From positions 1,851 to 65,850 of the forward strand of contig JANPLG010000124.1 in NCBI GenBank assembly GCA_031426395.1: a DNA stretch of 64,000 nucleotides, read 5' to 3'. This DNA comes from Actinomycetes bacterium (GTDB lineage Bacteria > Armatimonadota > SYMT01). Made by a program: the position numbers and the translations under genes. Under the pieces are notes generated by a model, which had not been told where the DNA came from, did not search any database, and was given only the letters and a program-made list of their open reading frames with translations. How positions within the stretch are numbered: the stretch's first letter is position 1; every line of letters starts with the position of its first letter. Below, piece after piece: positions 35,928 to 47,300 of the stretch.

Positions 35928-36659
35928 ATGAAACGTCACCTCCTGAACTGGCTCTGGATCCTGCCTCTCCTGGTGATGCTGCCCACCTGGGCCCGTCCCG
36001 ACCCCTCCATGTCCGGCACCGCGCTTGGGTTGCTCACGGACGGCGCCGGCCTTTGGCTGGTGTTCACCGGGGTGGTGATCCGCATCTGCGCGCGCGGCTG
36101 GAAGCATGAGAACTCCGATGGCCGGCTGGTGATCACCGGCCTCTACTGGTACGTCCGGCACCCGCTCTACGTCGGCAGCTTTCTGATGGGGCTGGGGCTG
36201 ACGCTTATCCTCGGGCACGCCTGGTTCATCGTACTGTACGCGGTGCTCTTCGCCGCCAGCCACTCCATCTCGATCCGGAGCGAGGAAGCTTACCTCTCCA
36301 GGCAGTGGCCGCGGAATTTCGGCAAGTACCGGCAGCGGGTCAGGGCCTTCATTCCGAAGCTGAGGCGCCTCCGGCAGCGCAAGCGGGTGGTGCCTCACCG
36401 CCTTTGGGAAGCGATCTGCCGCGAAGCGGATGCGGTCTGCCTCTGGCCCATGGCAGCCGTGCTCTTGCGCCGGTGGGAAGTTCAATCGCTCCCCGGATCG
36501 GACAGCCAGCGGCTGGGGCTTGAGCTGACCGGACTCTGCCTGGTGATTGGCTGGGTGGCACTGCGGTTGACTTTCCGCCAGATGCAAAGCAACGCGACTG
36601 CCGATGGCACCGCGTCGAAGCAGGAAGCCTTTGCGTCGCAGGGGCCACCCAAGCGATGA
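35928..36659 (+). CDS. Isoprenylcysteine carboxyl methyltransferase (ICMT/PEMT) family membrane protein
   Basis: GLYWYVRHPLYVGSFLMGLG...SIRSEEAYLSRQWPRNFGKYRQRV C-terminal signature and multiple TM helices. The ORF track gives 35847 as the earliest start. Confidence 0.75.
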   Translation: MKRHLLNWLWILPLLVMLPTWARPDPSMSGTALGLLTDGAGLWLVFTGVVIRICARGWKHENSDGRLVITGLYWYVRHPLYVGSFLMGLGLTLILGHAWFIVLYAVLFAASHSISIRSEEAYLSRQWPRNFGKYRQRVRAFIPKLRRLRQRKRVVPHRLWEAICREADAVCLWPMAAVLLRRWEVQSLPGSDSQRLGLELTGLCLVIGWVALRLTFRQMQSNATADGTASKQEAFASQGPPKR

Positions 36660-36731
36660 TCTCCGTGCGGGGCTTCCTACGTTCACGCCACCGAGGGGCA
36701 TGATGCGGATTAAACGGGATCGAGAGAAGCG

Positions 36732-37145
36732 ATGATCGAGATCATCCAGAAGCGGACGCGCCGGGTGCTGCACACGGTGGAGGCCGAGACGCTTGCCGGT
36801 GCCGACCTGAGCAAGCTCGACCTCACCGGCGCGCTGCTGGTTGGGGCGGATCTCTCCGGCACCCTCCTCCCAGGGGCCAACCTGGCGGGCGCGAACCTTT
36901 CGGGAGCCAACCTCGGCGGCGCCAATCTCACCGGCGCGGTGCTGGTGGACGCCAGCCTCTACGACGCCAGCCTAGCAGGCGCAATCCTTCGCGGTGCCAA
37001 CCTAGCCAACGCAGGCCTCTCCGGCGCGGACCTTCGCGGCGCTCAGCTTCAAGACGCGGATCTCTCCGGCGCGGTGTATGACCTGGGCACCCAATGGCCG
37101 GCTGGCTTCCGCCCGCATGCGCGGGGAGCCGTCCGCCTGGCTTGA
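36732..37145 (+). CDS. Pentapeptide-repeat protein
   Basis: More than 15 consecutive A(D/N)LSG-type pentapeptides. Confidence 0.85.
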   Translation: MIEIIQKRTRRVLHTVEAETLAGADLSKLDLTGALLVGADLSGTLLPGANLAGANLSGANLGGANLTGAVLVDASLYDASLAGAILRGANLANAGLSGADLRGAQLQDADLSGAVYDLGTQWPAGFRPHARGAVRLA

Positions 37146-37504
37146 ACGCGTTCGTGGAATACCTGGGCTAACGCGAGCTTCTAACGTAGTGTTGGGAGTC
37201 CCGTTTGCAGCGGAAACGGGTCTGCTCTCTTTTCTCGGCACTGCTGAGTGCTCGGCACTGGGTGCAGGGCGCAGGATTTCGCCGACACCTGAGCCGCTGC
37301 CGAATCTCCAAACCGCTATATCGAAGCTCGGGACTGGAATAGATGGCGCAATTTGCGGGTTGATTAAACCCCGGATGCGGGTATGTGTGAGCGATCTCAT
37401 ACCACTGGCCGCTTGGTTGCCCTACCAAAGTAGTGTAGAAGAAAGTCGAGTCCCCCGCTGATCATCACGATAATGGGGATGGACCGTCGCACCGTGGCGA
37501 TGCC

Positions 37505-38134
37505 GTGCCTCAGATGAAGCCGTCCAATCCTCAAGAGTCAATGCCAGCCTTCCCCTGTCGAGAATGCAGCGCTTCCGTAGATGTAGGCGCAGAACGATGC
37601 CCCGGCTGCGAGACCAGGACGCCCTTCGGGTGCGCGGTCTGCTCGCGGCCCCTGGGTGCGGTGAGCCTGAGTTCCCGGCGCTCCCACAAGAACCCGCTCG
37701 GACCCTTCTCGGAGGCGGGTGAGCCGCTCTGTCCGGACCATCGCCTCACCCGCTGCTACCAGTGCGAGCAGTTCCATCCGCTGGGCGAGATGACCCGGCA
37801 GGTGGTGGGCAAGCGCGAGGACACCAACCTCCGGAAGGGCATGCGGCCCCGCATTGAAGAGGTCTTCGGCCACTTCTGCGCGGAGTGCAAGACGGTGGAA
37901 GGGAAGGGGAGCGGCCGGGGCACGCGGCGGTCGGAAGAGCATTCCGGCAAGTCCGGGCATCGCCATCGTTCATCCGGCTCCTCCCGTAGCGGCGGTGAGC
38001 GATCCGGATCCTCGGACTCCGGTTCCGTGCGCTCCGGCTCTGTGCGCACGGGTCCGCCGGTCACGCTCATCGTGCTCCTGGCGGTCTGCCTCATCATTCC
38101 CCTGGTGATCTTCATCCTTGCCCGCCCCGGGTAA
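37505..38134 (+). CDS. Tail-anchored zinc-ribbon protein (Cys-rich N-terminus, Ser/Arg-rich linker, C-terminal TM)
   Basis: Three CxxC...CxxC clusters, an SGSSRSGGERSGSSDSGS linker and a C-terminal hydrophobic helix LIVLLAVCLIIPLVIFIL. Confidence 0.4.
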   Translation: MPQMKPSNPQESMPAFPCRECSASVDVGAERCPGCETRTPFGCAVCSRPLGAVSLSSRRSHKNPLGPFSEAGEPLCPDHRLTRCYQCEQFHPLGEMTRQVVGKREDTNLRKGMRPRIEEVFGHFCAECKTVEGKGSGRGTRRSEEHSGKSGHRHRSSGSSRSGGERSGSSDSGSVRSGSVRTGPPVTLIVLLAVCLIIPLVIFILARPG

Positions 38135-38281
38135 TGGTCCGCCGGGCCCATTCCGAGTAGTGCAAACGGGGAAGTAAGGCGGTTGGCCGTCCGGTGGCCG
38201 AGGAGCGCATTTGGCTCACGCGCCACGGTTGAACCGGTCCCGTTCAGTGCGAGGGGACCTAGGATTGCCTTGGATGCTGAG

Positions 38282-40090
38282 TTAGCGGCCGGTGATCTTA
38301 ACCGTGGCCGTGGCGGTCTTGCTAGGGTCCGCAGCGAGGGTGGCGGTGACCTGGACCGTCTGGGGCATGACCCCTTCCGGGGCGTGGTAGGTCCCGTCCG
38401 GGGTGATCTCGCCCACCTGGGGCGAGAGGCGCCAGGTCACCTCGGAGGGGGTGCCTTTGCCGCCGGGGATGGAGACCTTCAGCCGCACCAGTCGCCCTGC
38501 CCGCACCTCAGCGCGCTCCGGGGAAAGCTCCAGGCCTAGCGCGGGGACTGCCACCCGCAGCGTCAGGGACTTGCTGGGATCCGCCACGCTGGTGGCCTTG
38601 ACCAGGACGGTGGCGGGAGTGGTGAGGGAGTTGGGGGGCCGGTAGAGGCCTTCGGCGGAGACGGTGCCGAAGCGCTCTCCACCCTCCACCAACCAGGTCA
38701 GCTTCCGGTTCTCGGAGTTCTCCACCACGGCGGCCAACTGCACCGCGCTGCCCAGCGGGCAGAGGTAGTCGGTGCGCTGCGCTTGGACCAGCACGGGCGG
38801 GATGTTGATGGTCTGGACCACCGCCTTGGTGGGGTCCGCCAGGCTGGTCGCCCTGATTTGGACCACCTGGGGCGTGGCGAGCTTCTCAGGGATGCGGTAG
38901 ATGCCGTCGCCGGAGATCTCCCCGATCGGGTTGCCGACGATCTCCCAGTTCACGCGGTCATCCGTGGTGTTGAGGACCGTGGCATCGAAGGCGACCGTTC
39001 CGCCCAGCGGGGCGTACTGCTTGCCCGACTTCCCCCGGAAGGTGGGACCCTTGACGAACATATCGCCTGGCTCGAACGGGATAATCAGGCGGACCACGGA
39101 GGGAACGGTCGTCCGGTAAGCCTCATTGGCGATGCGGCCCACCACGCCCGGCCTCCGGTTCCCGCGTCGCTTCTCTCCGCGAGCCGCCGCCACCCCGATG
39201 TTGACCTGGATCGGCTCCACGCGCAGCCGGAGCGTGGCCATCTTGGTGGGGTCAGCCGCCGCACGGACAATCACCAGCACGTCCGCGGGAGTGGCCATGC
39301 TCTCCGGGGTCTTGTAAAGGCCGTTCGGTGAGATGCGGCCCTGACTTCCCTCCTGGAGGCTCCATTCCACGGCAGCATTAGGAGCGCCCTTCACCTCCGC
39401 AACGAGGCGCTGCCCGATTCCATGCTTCACCGGAACGACCTTCGTATCGGCGCGCAGCTCCACGGGCCGGACGCGAAGGGTGGCGGTGGAGGACTTGGTG
39501 GGGTCTGCCTTGGATGTGGCGCGGACCATGATGGTGCCGGGGGTGGTGAACCGCGCCGGTGCGGTGAAGAAGCCGCTTTCCGAAACCGCTCCGTTCGCAG
39601 CGCCGCCGTCCACGGACCACGCCACCCTCAGATCGCCCGCGCCCTCGACCTTCGCGCGGAACTGGGCGCTCTCTCCAACCGGCAGTTCCGCTTCCTCCGG
39701 CGTGACGGCCAGCATCACCGGCAAGAGCTGGACCACACCCTCGGCGCGCCCGCCTGCGTCCCCCGCGTCCAGGGAGGCGATCACCCGAAGGGAGGCGGGC
39801 GTGCTGCCGCTCGGCGGGGCCTGGTAGTAGCCGGAACTGGTGATGGTGCCGTTTCCCGCGCCCTCCACCCTCCAGGTCACGGTGGCGTCCCGGCTGCCGA
39901 GCCGGGCGCGGAACTGGAACCCGTCCCCCAGGCGGCAGCGCGCCGTCGGAGGCTCGATCCGGAGCGGAACGGGAGCGGTGACGGCCGGTCGCTGCGCCAG
40001 AAGGGCGGCACCTGCGACCAGGAAGAGGAGTGGGAATGGGGAGTAGGTTCGGTTCACGTGAAGAGGTTCCGAAACCAAGACGCGCGGCAC
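38282..40090 (-). CDS. Secreted protein with 6-7 tandem bacterial Ig-like (Big_2-like) domains
   Basis: Signal peptide. ~85-aa repeats of the form VxWxVxGxxNGxIxxxGxYxAPxxxxTPxxVxVxATSxADPTK. Confidence 0.8.
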   Translation of the reverse strand: MPRVLVSEPLHVNRTYSPFPLLFLVAGAALLAQRPAVTAPVPLRIEPPTARCRLGDGFQFRARLGSRDATVTWRVEGAGNGTITSSGYYQAPPSGSTPASLRVIASLDAGDAGGRAEGVVQLLPVMLAVTPEEAELPVGESAQFRAKVEGAGDLRVAWSVDGGAANGAVSESGFFTAPARFTTPGTIMVRATSKADPTKSSTATLRVRPVELRADTKVVPVKHGIGQRLVAEVKGAPNAAVEWSLQEGSQGRISPNGLYKTPESMATPADVLVIVRAAADPTKMATLRLRVEPIQVNIGVAAARGEKRRGNRRPGVVGRIANEAYRTTVPSVVRLIIPFEPGDMFVKGPTFRGKSGKQYAPLGGTVAFDATVLNTTDDRVNWEIVGNPIGEISGDGIYRIPEKLATPQVVQIRATSLADPTKAVVQTINIPPVLVQAQRTDYLCPLGSAVQLAAVVENSENRKLTWLVEGGERFGTVSAEGLYRPPNSLTTPATVLVKATSVADPSKSLTLRVAVPALGLELSPERAEVRAGRLVRLKVSIPGGKGTPSEVTWRLSPQVGEITPDGTYHAPEGVMPQTVQVTATLAADPSKTATATVKITGR

Positions 40091-40149
40091 CTCCCCCGGT
40101 CAATTGCGATACGCCCGCAGAAAGGTTGCTTTTCTAACGTGGGAGCCGG

Positions 40150-40195
40150 AATGGAACGCGGATGACGCGGATTTAGCGGATGAGCGCGGATCAGA
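40150..40195. repeat. (GCGGATN)n heptamer array
   Basis: aacgcggatgacgcggatttagcggatgagcgcggatcag. Confidence 0.6.
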
Positions 40196-40379
40196 GGGGA
40201 AGGCGATCAAGGGAACCGGTTTGCGCAGATGCCACCGTGATTCAACGTGGCAGTTGTCTCCGGGAGAAGGGGATCTGGGCCGAGGTTCATAGGACAGTCG
40301 TGAGCGCATTCACACTGCCCTGAAACCGCCTGTCAGCCTGCTCCCCGCCGAAGATAGACTACGCAAGACCGAGCGGCCA

Positions 40380-41789
40380 TTGAGCTGGCGGTTCCATCGG
40401 AAAGCTGTATCCCTGATGTCTCGCCCCCTCTTCTTCCTGACGCGCCTCTTTCGCCCGGCACCTTCGGTGCTTGTCCCGGCCCTCTGCCTGAGCGGCGGCA
40501 TGACGGTCCTCGCAGCGGCGAGTGCGCCGCAGCCGCAGCCCAACCCGAGCGGAACGGCGCTGACCAAGCTGACGGGGAACCGGATCAAACGGAGCAACCC
40601 CTTTTTCGCCAAGCTGGGGATCAATGACCGCACCTGCGAGAGCTGCCACCGCGAGGCGGCGGGCTGGTCTATCACCCCGGCGCAGGTGCGGTCGCTCTTC
40701 GACAGCACGGAGGGCCTCGACCCGCTCTTCCGGACCAACGACGGCACCACCTCTCCGCAGGCGGATGTCTCCACGCTGGAGGCGCGACAGGCGGCGTACG
40801 CACCGCTACTGGAGCGGGGCCTGATCCGGGTTGGCCTGCCCATCCCCGCCGGCGCGGAGTTCGCGCTGGACGCAGTGGACGATCCCCACGGATTCGCGAG
40901 CGTGGCCGAACTCTCCCTTTTCCGGCGACCGCTTCCGGCCACCAATCTCCGCTTCGAAACGACGGTGATGTGGGATGGGCGGAAGTCGACGCCGGGCCAG
41001 ACCCACGCGAGGAACCTGGCCGACCAGGCGCTCGACGCCACCAGGGGCCACGCGCAGGCGGCGGTGGCTCCGACCCCGGCTCAGCTTCAGAGCATCGTCC
41101 GCTTCGAGAGCTCCCTGCACCACGCGCAGATCCGGGACGCGGCAGCGGGCCTGCTGACGGCGGAAGGCGGCAAGGGCGGTCCGGCGGCGCTCCGCCAGCA
41201 GGAGTTCACGGCGGGTCTGAACAATCCGTTCAGCCGGAGGTTCAACCCGATCACCTTCACGCTCTTTTCCAAGTGGGCGAAGGCACGTGGCGGCGGGAAT
41301 ACGGCGATCGCGGCGGCACGGAAGTCGGTGGCGCGCGGAGAGGTGAGCTTCAACCGGAAGCGGTTCACTCTGACTGGCGTGGCCGGCTTCAATGACCGCG
41401 TTGGCCAGCCCGCCGTGACCGTCACTTGCTCAAGCTGCCACCACACGCCCAACGTCGGCAGCAGCTCCATCGGGTTGCTCACCGATATCGGGGTGAGCGC
41501 GCCCACCCGACGGCTGCCACATCAGCCGCTTTACACGCTGCGCAACCTCGGCACGAATGCGGTTCGGCAGACGACGGACCCGGGTCGGGCGCTGATCACC
41601 GGCAAGTGGGCGGACCTCGACCGCTTCAAGACGCCGGGCCTGCGCGGGCTGGCGTCGCGGGCACCGTACTTCCACGACGGCTCTGCGGCCACCCTGGGCG
41701 ACGTGATCGACTTCTACGACACCCGCTTCGACATCCGCTACAGCGCTCAGGAACGGGCGGACCTGGAAGCGTTCATGCGCGCGCTCTGA
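40380..41789 (+). CDS. Di-heme cytochrome c oxidoreductase / peroxidase-like protein (DHOR/CCP superfamily)
   Basis: Signal peptide and two CxxCH motifs (CESCH, CSSCHH) about 260 aa apart. Confidence 0.65.
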   Translation: MSWRFHRKAVSLMSRPLFFLTRLFRPAPSVLVPALCLSGGMTVLAAASAPQPQPNPSGTALTKLTGNRIKRSNPFFAKLGINDRTCESCHREAAGWSITPAQVRSLFDSTEGLDPLFRTNDGTTSPQADVSTLEARQAAYAPLLERGLIRVGLPIPAGAEFALDAVDDPHGFASVAELSLFRRPLPATNLRFETTVMWDGRKSTPGQTHARNLADQALDATRGHAQAAVAPTPAQLQSIVRFESSLHHAQIRDAAAGLLTAEGGKGGPAALRQQEFTAGLNNPFSRRFNPITFTLFSKWAKARGGGNTAIAAARKSVARGEVSFNRKRFTLTGVAGFNDRVGQPAVTVTCSSCHHTPNVGSSSIGLLTDIGVSAPTRRLPHQPLYTLRNLGTNAVRQTTDPGRALITGKWADLDRFKTPGLRGLASRAPYFHDGSAATLGDVIDFYDTRFDIRYSAQERADLEAFMRAL

Positions 41790-41981
41790 CGACGGTACGG
41801 AGCGCGGCGCGAGTGAACAATCCCACTCTTTTGATCGATACTCACGGAAGGGACCGGTCGCTCCTCTGGAGAACCAAGGCTCGTTCCCACTCAGTGCTGG
41901 CGTTGGCCTGACACGAATGGAACCGAGCCAGCCCGCCCCGTGCCGTATGGGTGCCGGCCGGCTCAGATACGGAGAAACCAG

Positions 41982-42530
41982 ATGAACAAATCCGGATGGA
42001 TCGTAGCCGCAAGCGCGGTTCTGCTTGTAGCCGGTATTGGCCACCAGGCCAACAGCGCCCCGGGCGACCTGCCCAAGAGCGAGGTCCAACGTGGCCTGGC
42101 CATCTCGCCCGTGAACCTCAAGCTGCGGGGCCTGAACCGTGACCTGGTGGGTCGCGGCTCCTACATCATCAACGCGCAGGGCGGCTGCAACGACTGCCAC
42201 ACTTTCCCTTCCTACGCCCCGGGCGGCAACCCGTTTGCGGGCGAGCCGGAGCAAATCAACAAGGACCACTACCTCTCCGGCGGGATGCCGTTCGGGCCAC
42301 CGCCGAGTTCACCCGTCAGCCGCAACCTCACCCCGGATGCCACGGGCAAGCCGGCGGGTATGACCTTCCAGGAATTCAAGCGCACGCTGCGCACCGGCCG
42401 GGACCTCAACGGAAACACGCTCCGCATCATGCCGTGGCCGGTCTACGGCAAGATGACCGACCAGGACATCCGCGCGGTCTACGAGTTCCTCCGCGCCATC
42501 CCGCGCGCGGAACCCGGCACCGGCCCCTAG
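41982..42530 (+). CDS. Mono-heme c-type cytochrome
   Basis: Signal peptide and a single CNDCH heme-binding motif. Start MNKSGW with RBS ggagaaacc; the ORF track gives 41940. Confidence 0.7.
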   Translation: MNKSGWIVAASAVLLVAGIGHQANSAPGDLPKSEVQRGLAISPVNLKLRGLNRDLVGRGSYIINAQGGCNDCHTFPSYAPGGNPFAGEPEQINKDHYLSGGMPFGPPPSSPVSRNLTPDATGKPAGMTFQEFKRTLRTGRDLNGNTLRIMPWPVYGKMTDQDIRAVYEFLRAIPRAEPGTGP

Positions 42531-42646
42531 GCAATTCGGGTTTGGCGGATCGCTTTCGGGAGAGGGATTGACTCAGGATGGCTGTTATGGCCTGTTAGGT
42601 CGATCTCTCTCCCGTTTTGTTTGCCACCCGGAAGCGATGGTCGGTG

Positions 42647-44179
42647 CTAGGCGAGTAGTTCCCGGACCACGCGGCCGAAGACATCGGTGAGGCGGAAGTC
42701 GCGGCCAGCGTAGCGGTAGGTCAGGCGGGTGTGGTCGAAGCCCAGTAGGTGGAGCAGGGTGGCGTGCAGGTCATGGACGTGGACGGGGTCCTGCACGGCG
42801 CGGTAGCCGAACTCATCCGTGGCGCCGTAGGCCTGCCCGCCCTTGACGCCCGCGCCGGCCATCCAGACGCTGAAGCCCCAGTGGTTGTGATCCCGGCCAT
42901 TGGCCGGCTTGCCGCCGGAAAGCTCCACCGCCGGCGTCCGGCCGAACTCGCCGCCGCAGAGGATCACGGTGTCGTCGAAGAGGCCGCGCTGCTTCAGGTC
43001 GGTGAGGAGAGCGGCGATGGGGCCGTCGCACTGGGCCGCGAGGTTCTTGTGCTCAGCGGCGATGTTGGCGTGGCTGTCCCACGGCTGGACATCGCCATGG
43101 AAGCACTGGACGAAGCGGACCCCCCGCTCGATCAGCCGCCGCGCGATGAGGAGCTGCCGGCCATGCACGCCGTCGCCGTACGCCTTGCGGATGTACTCCG
43201 GCTCCTTGCTGATATCGAAGGCGTCCGTGGCGGCGGACTGCATGCGGTAGGCCAGCTCAAAGCTCTGGATGCGCGCTTCCAGGTCCGGGTCGTCGGTCCT
43301 CGCCGCCTGGTGGCTGCGGTTGAGCGCGGTGAGGAGCGCCATCTGCCGCTGCTGGTCCTCCGGCGCGACGAACTTGCTGCGGATGTTCTCGATCAGCTCC
43401 TCCACCTTCAGACCACCCGCATGCATTTTGCGGGTGTCGATGTGCGTGCCCTGGTAGATGCCGGGCAGGAATGCGGAGCGCCAGTTTGAGACATCCGCCA
43501 CGGGCAGGCCGGGGCACATCGCCACGTAGCCGGGGAGGTCGCGGTTCTCCGTGCCGAGGCCGTAGGTGACCCAGGCACCCATGCTGGGGCGGGAGAGCCG
43601 CTCATCGCCGCAGTTCATGAGGCGCATCGACTGCTCATGGTTGGGCGTGTTGGCGTGCATGGAGCGGACGATGCAGAGGTCGTCCGCGTGCTGGGCGGTC
43701 TTGTCGAAGATCTCGCTGATCTCCAGCCCGCTCTGGCCGTACTTCTTGAACGTGAAGGGCGATGGCAGCGCGTAGCCGGTCTTCCGCTCCGTGGAGAGGT
43801 TGCCGGTTGGAAGCTGCTGCCCCTCGTACTTCTTCAGGAGCGGCTTGGGGTCGAAGGTATCGACCTGGGAGGGGCCCCCGTTCAGGTAGATATGGATAAG
43901 GTGCTTCGCCCGGGGCTGATAATGCGGAGGCCGGGGCGCAAGAGGATCTTCCGATTGCGGATTGCGGATTGCGGATTGCGGATTGGGAGACGGCTTTGAA
44001 CTGGCGGCGTGTGCGGGGCGCTCGTCGGCCAGGAGGGCGGCAAGGCCCAGGAGCGGGAGGCCGGTGCCGAGCTTGGCCAGCGCCTCCCGGCGGCTGATTA
44101 GGAACTGCTCCGGCGATAGTCCCGTTTCTTGGGAGATCGCCTGCCGTAGTTCGGAATGCATAGCGTCTAGTGGTGTCAT
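42647..44179 (-). CDS. DUF1501 family protein (Tat-secreted, sulfatase-like fold) with a repeat-encoded N-terminal insert
   Basis: Tat motif SRREALAKLGTG. DUF1501 conserved blocks (HANTPNHEQS..., FGRTP). Residues ~55-70 (NPQSAIRNPQSED) are encoded by (CGGATTG)5 at 43951-43992. Confidence 0.75.
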   Translation of the reverse strand: MTPLDAMHSELRQAISQETGLSPEQFLISRREALAKLGTGLPLLGLAALLADERPAHAASSKPSPNPQSAIRNPQSEDPLAPRPPHYQPRAKHLIHIYLNGGPSQVDTFDPKPLLKKYEGQQLPTGNLSTERKTGYALPSPFTFKKYGQSGLEISEIFDKTAQHADDLCIVRSMHANTPNHEQSMRLMNCGDERLSRPSMGAWVTYGLGTENRDLPGYVAMCPGLPVADVSNWRSAFLPGIYQGTHIDTRKMHAGGLKVEELIENIRSKFVAPEDQQRQMALLTALNRSHQAARTDDPDLEARIQSFELAYRMQSAATDAFDISKEPEYIRKAYGDGVHGRQLLIARRLIERGVRFVQCFHGDVQPWDSHANIAAEHKNLAAQCDGPIAALLTDLKQRGLFDDTVILCGGEFGRTPAVELSGGKPANGRDHNHWGFSVWMAGAGVKGGQAYGATDEFGYRAVQDPVHVHDLHATLLHLLGFDHTRLTYRYAGRDFRLTDVFGRVVRELLA

Positions 44180-44322
44180 CTAGGGTTGGAAGCTGAAGTT
44201 GAAGGCGTGAACGACTCTGTTCCCCTTCGATGCCGCGTTGGCTGGGATTTTCGCTCGGACGCGCAAGGGTGGCTATCTCTGTCCGGGGGACAATTCGAAA
44301 TCCGCAATCCGCAATTGACCTG

Positions 44323-47300
44323 TCAGTCGACGAACATCATCTCGTTGGTGAGGAACAGCACTTGCGCGAGCTGCTCCCATGCGTTGAGCGGAGATTTGGA
44401 ACCAGCCGTGGCTCCAACGAACGCGAGTGCCGCACGGGTCTCCTCTGAAGTGGCGGGGCGCTGGAATAGGGCGCGGTAGAGGCCGGCGACCCGCGCCTCA
44501 TCCGTCTCCGCGCCCTTGACTTGCGCCGCAAGCGCCCGCGCCTGCTCCACCACAAAGGGCGAGTTCAATCCGAAGAGGGCCTGCTGCGGGACGATGGTCC
44601 GGGGCCGCCGCTCCACGGAGTTGTCCGGCTGCGCGAAGTTGAAGGCGCGGAACGCCTCCGGCAGGCTCTGACGGTCGACCAGGGCGTAGACGGTGCGGCG
44701 CCGGTTCCCTGGATCGAAGGCGTCCCGCAGGGCTCGTCCGAACTGCGCGCGGTCCAGCCGTCCGGAGGCCGCCACCAGCGTGTCGCGCATCTCCTCGAAG
44801 TCGAGGCGGCGGCGGCGGAAGCGCCAGAGGAGCCGGTTCTCGGGATCCTTCAATTGCGGAATGCGGAATGCGGAATGCGGAATTGGGGAGCGGGTTGGCT
44901 GGTGGCGGGAACTGTGCTTCTCGACCCCAGGTTGATGCGGGCGGGACGCCCGCGCTCCGGGGGGCGGAATGAGGGCGGATGACTGGCGGTAGGTGGCGCT
45001 GTTGACCATGAGGCGGTGGAGCTTCTTGAGCGACCACGCTAGGCCATCCGATGTCGCTCCCTCTCCCCCTCGCTCCCTCGCTCCCTCGCCAAGGGGGGCG
45101 GAGAAGCGCGCGGCGAGGTAATCCAGCAACTCCGGGTGCGTGGGCGGCGCGCTGCGGCTGCCGAAGTCGCTGGGTGTGGCGACCAGCGGCTCGCCGAAGT
45201 GGTGCATCCAGACGCGATTGACCATCACGCGGGCCGTGAGCGGGTTGCGCGGGTCGGTGATGGAGCGGGCCATCTCCAGCCGCCCACTTCCAAGGTTGAA
45301 GGAGGGCTGGCGGGTGCCGGTGAGCACCGCCAGGAACCGCCGCGGCACGGTTTCACCAGGAGTTGACGGATTGCCCCGCGTGAAGACGCGCGGTGGGTGC
45401 AACTCCTGGCTGTCGTTGAGCACCATGGCGCGGGGCGGGGCACCGGCCTGCTGTACCGCTAGAACATCGAGGTTCTGCTGCATCCCGCCGTACGCGTCCT
45501 TCTCGCCACGGGACATGTAGTAGTAAGTGTGGTTTCGCGGGAACCAGGCGGGACTCTCGGTGGAGGTCACCAGCTCGAGGAGCTGCCGCTGCTCCGGCGT
45601 CATGGCGGGGGCGCTGGGGGCCTTTCCGGCCTGGTATGTCTGCTTAAGCAGATCCGCATAGACCCTGGCTACGGCCTTCCGGTCGTCCAGCTTGGCGGCG
45701 GTGAGGGCTTGCAGGACGACCCTGTTCACCTGCCCCGTAGCGGTTCCGGCAGGGCGCATAACCAGGCGTGCCAAAACTGCCGCCGAAGCCTCGATAAAGC
45801 CCTTCTCCGGGAGGTCCGCCAGCGCCCGGTAGGGGCTGAAGAGCGGGTCATCCGGGGTGGCGCGTCGCTGGATGAGCCGCCGCCACCGGGCCACAATCTG
45901 CGGGCGGAGGTCGCCGGGGTCGAGGGAGAGGAAGAAGATCGCCGTCTCCAGCGGGTCCGGGTCCGTGGTGGCGGCGTGGAAGAAGTAGTCGCCGGCGCGC
46001 TCCCTCGCCGTCTCGCTCAGCAGCGTGAACTGCTTGCTCTCGAAGGCCGCCAGCTCTTGCTTCTTCGGCTCGTACTGCTTCGCGTAATCCGCGTAGCCAG
46101 GCACCTGCTCCGGCTGCGCGATGAGCGGCAGGTCGAGCGGCGCCTCGCTGGCGGCGAAGACGCCGTAGAGGGAGTAGTAATCCTTGATCGGGATGGCGTC
46201 GTACTTATGGTCGTGGCAGCGGGCGCAGCTCACCGTGAGGCCCAGGAGACCACGGCTCACGGTGTCGATCTTGTCGTCGATTTGATCGTGGACGTTGTTG
46301 TCGTACTGCCGCCCAAGGGTGAGGAACCCCATGGCGGCGAGGCGCCATGCCTCGCCCTTAAGGTCGAGCTGGTCCGCGGCGAGCTGCTCCTGGACGAAGC
46401 GGTCATAGGGGGTGTCCGCGTTCAGGGCGCGGATGACGTAGTCCCGGTAGGTGTAGGCGTAGGGACGGATCCGCGCATCGCCGTACTGGAGCACGCCGTC
46501 CTTGGTGTCCGCGTACCGGGCGACATCCAGCCAGTGCCGTCCCCACCGCTCTCCGTAAGAGGGAGAGGCGAGGAGGCGGTCGACCACCTTCTCGTAGGCG
46601 TCATGGGAGCGGTCGGCCAGGAAGGCATCCGCTTCCTCAGCCGTGGGCGGGAGGCCGGTGAGGTCATAGGTCACCCGTCGCAGCAGTGTGCGGCGGTCCG
46701 CAGGCGGCGAGGGGGCGAGGCCCGCCTTTTGCAGCCGCGCCAGGACGAAGGCGTCGATGGGATTCCGGGCCGGGAGCTTGGAGTTTGCCACCGCAGGCAC
46801 GGCCGGCTTTCGGAGCGGCTGGTAGGCCCAGTGGTTCCTTGCCTCACGGACGATGCGCACCTGGTCGCCCAGCACCATACCGCTCCGGGTCTTGCTCTCC
46901 GGCCATGGTGCCCCGAGGCGGATCCACTCCTCCAGCGCCTCGATCTTGGCCTTCGCGAGGCGCTTGCCGGGCGGCATCACCACATCTTCATGGTGGACGG
47001 CGCGGACGAGCCAGCTTGAGAGAGGGTCGCCCGGCACCAGGCCGGGGCCGCGAGCGCCGCCCTTGAGGGTCGCCTCGCGGGTGTCGAGACGCAGCCCGCC
47101 CTGCTGAAGCTTGGGGCCGTGGCAGGACTGGCATTCCTGGAGCAGCATCGGCCGCACCTGCTTCTCGAAGATCTCCAGGCCCGCTGCGGAGGGACCTATG
47201 GAGGGACCCTGTGGGGCAGCCACGCGGTTGGTTGGCGCGGCCACAGAAGCCGTGGTCGCCACGACTCCGCCGTAAAGACTGATGGCAATCCATCCCACTA

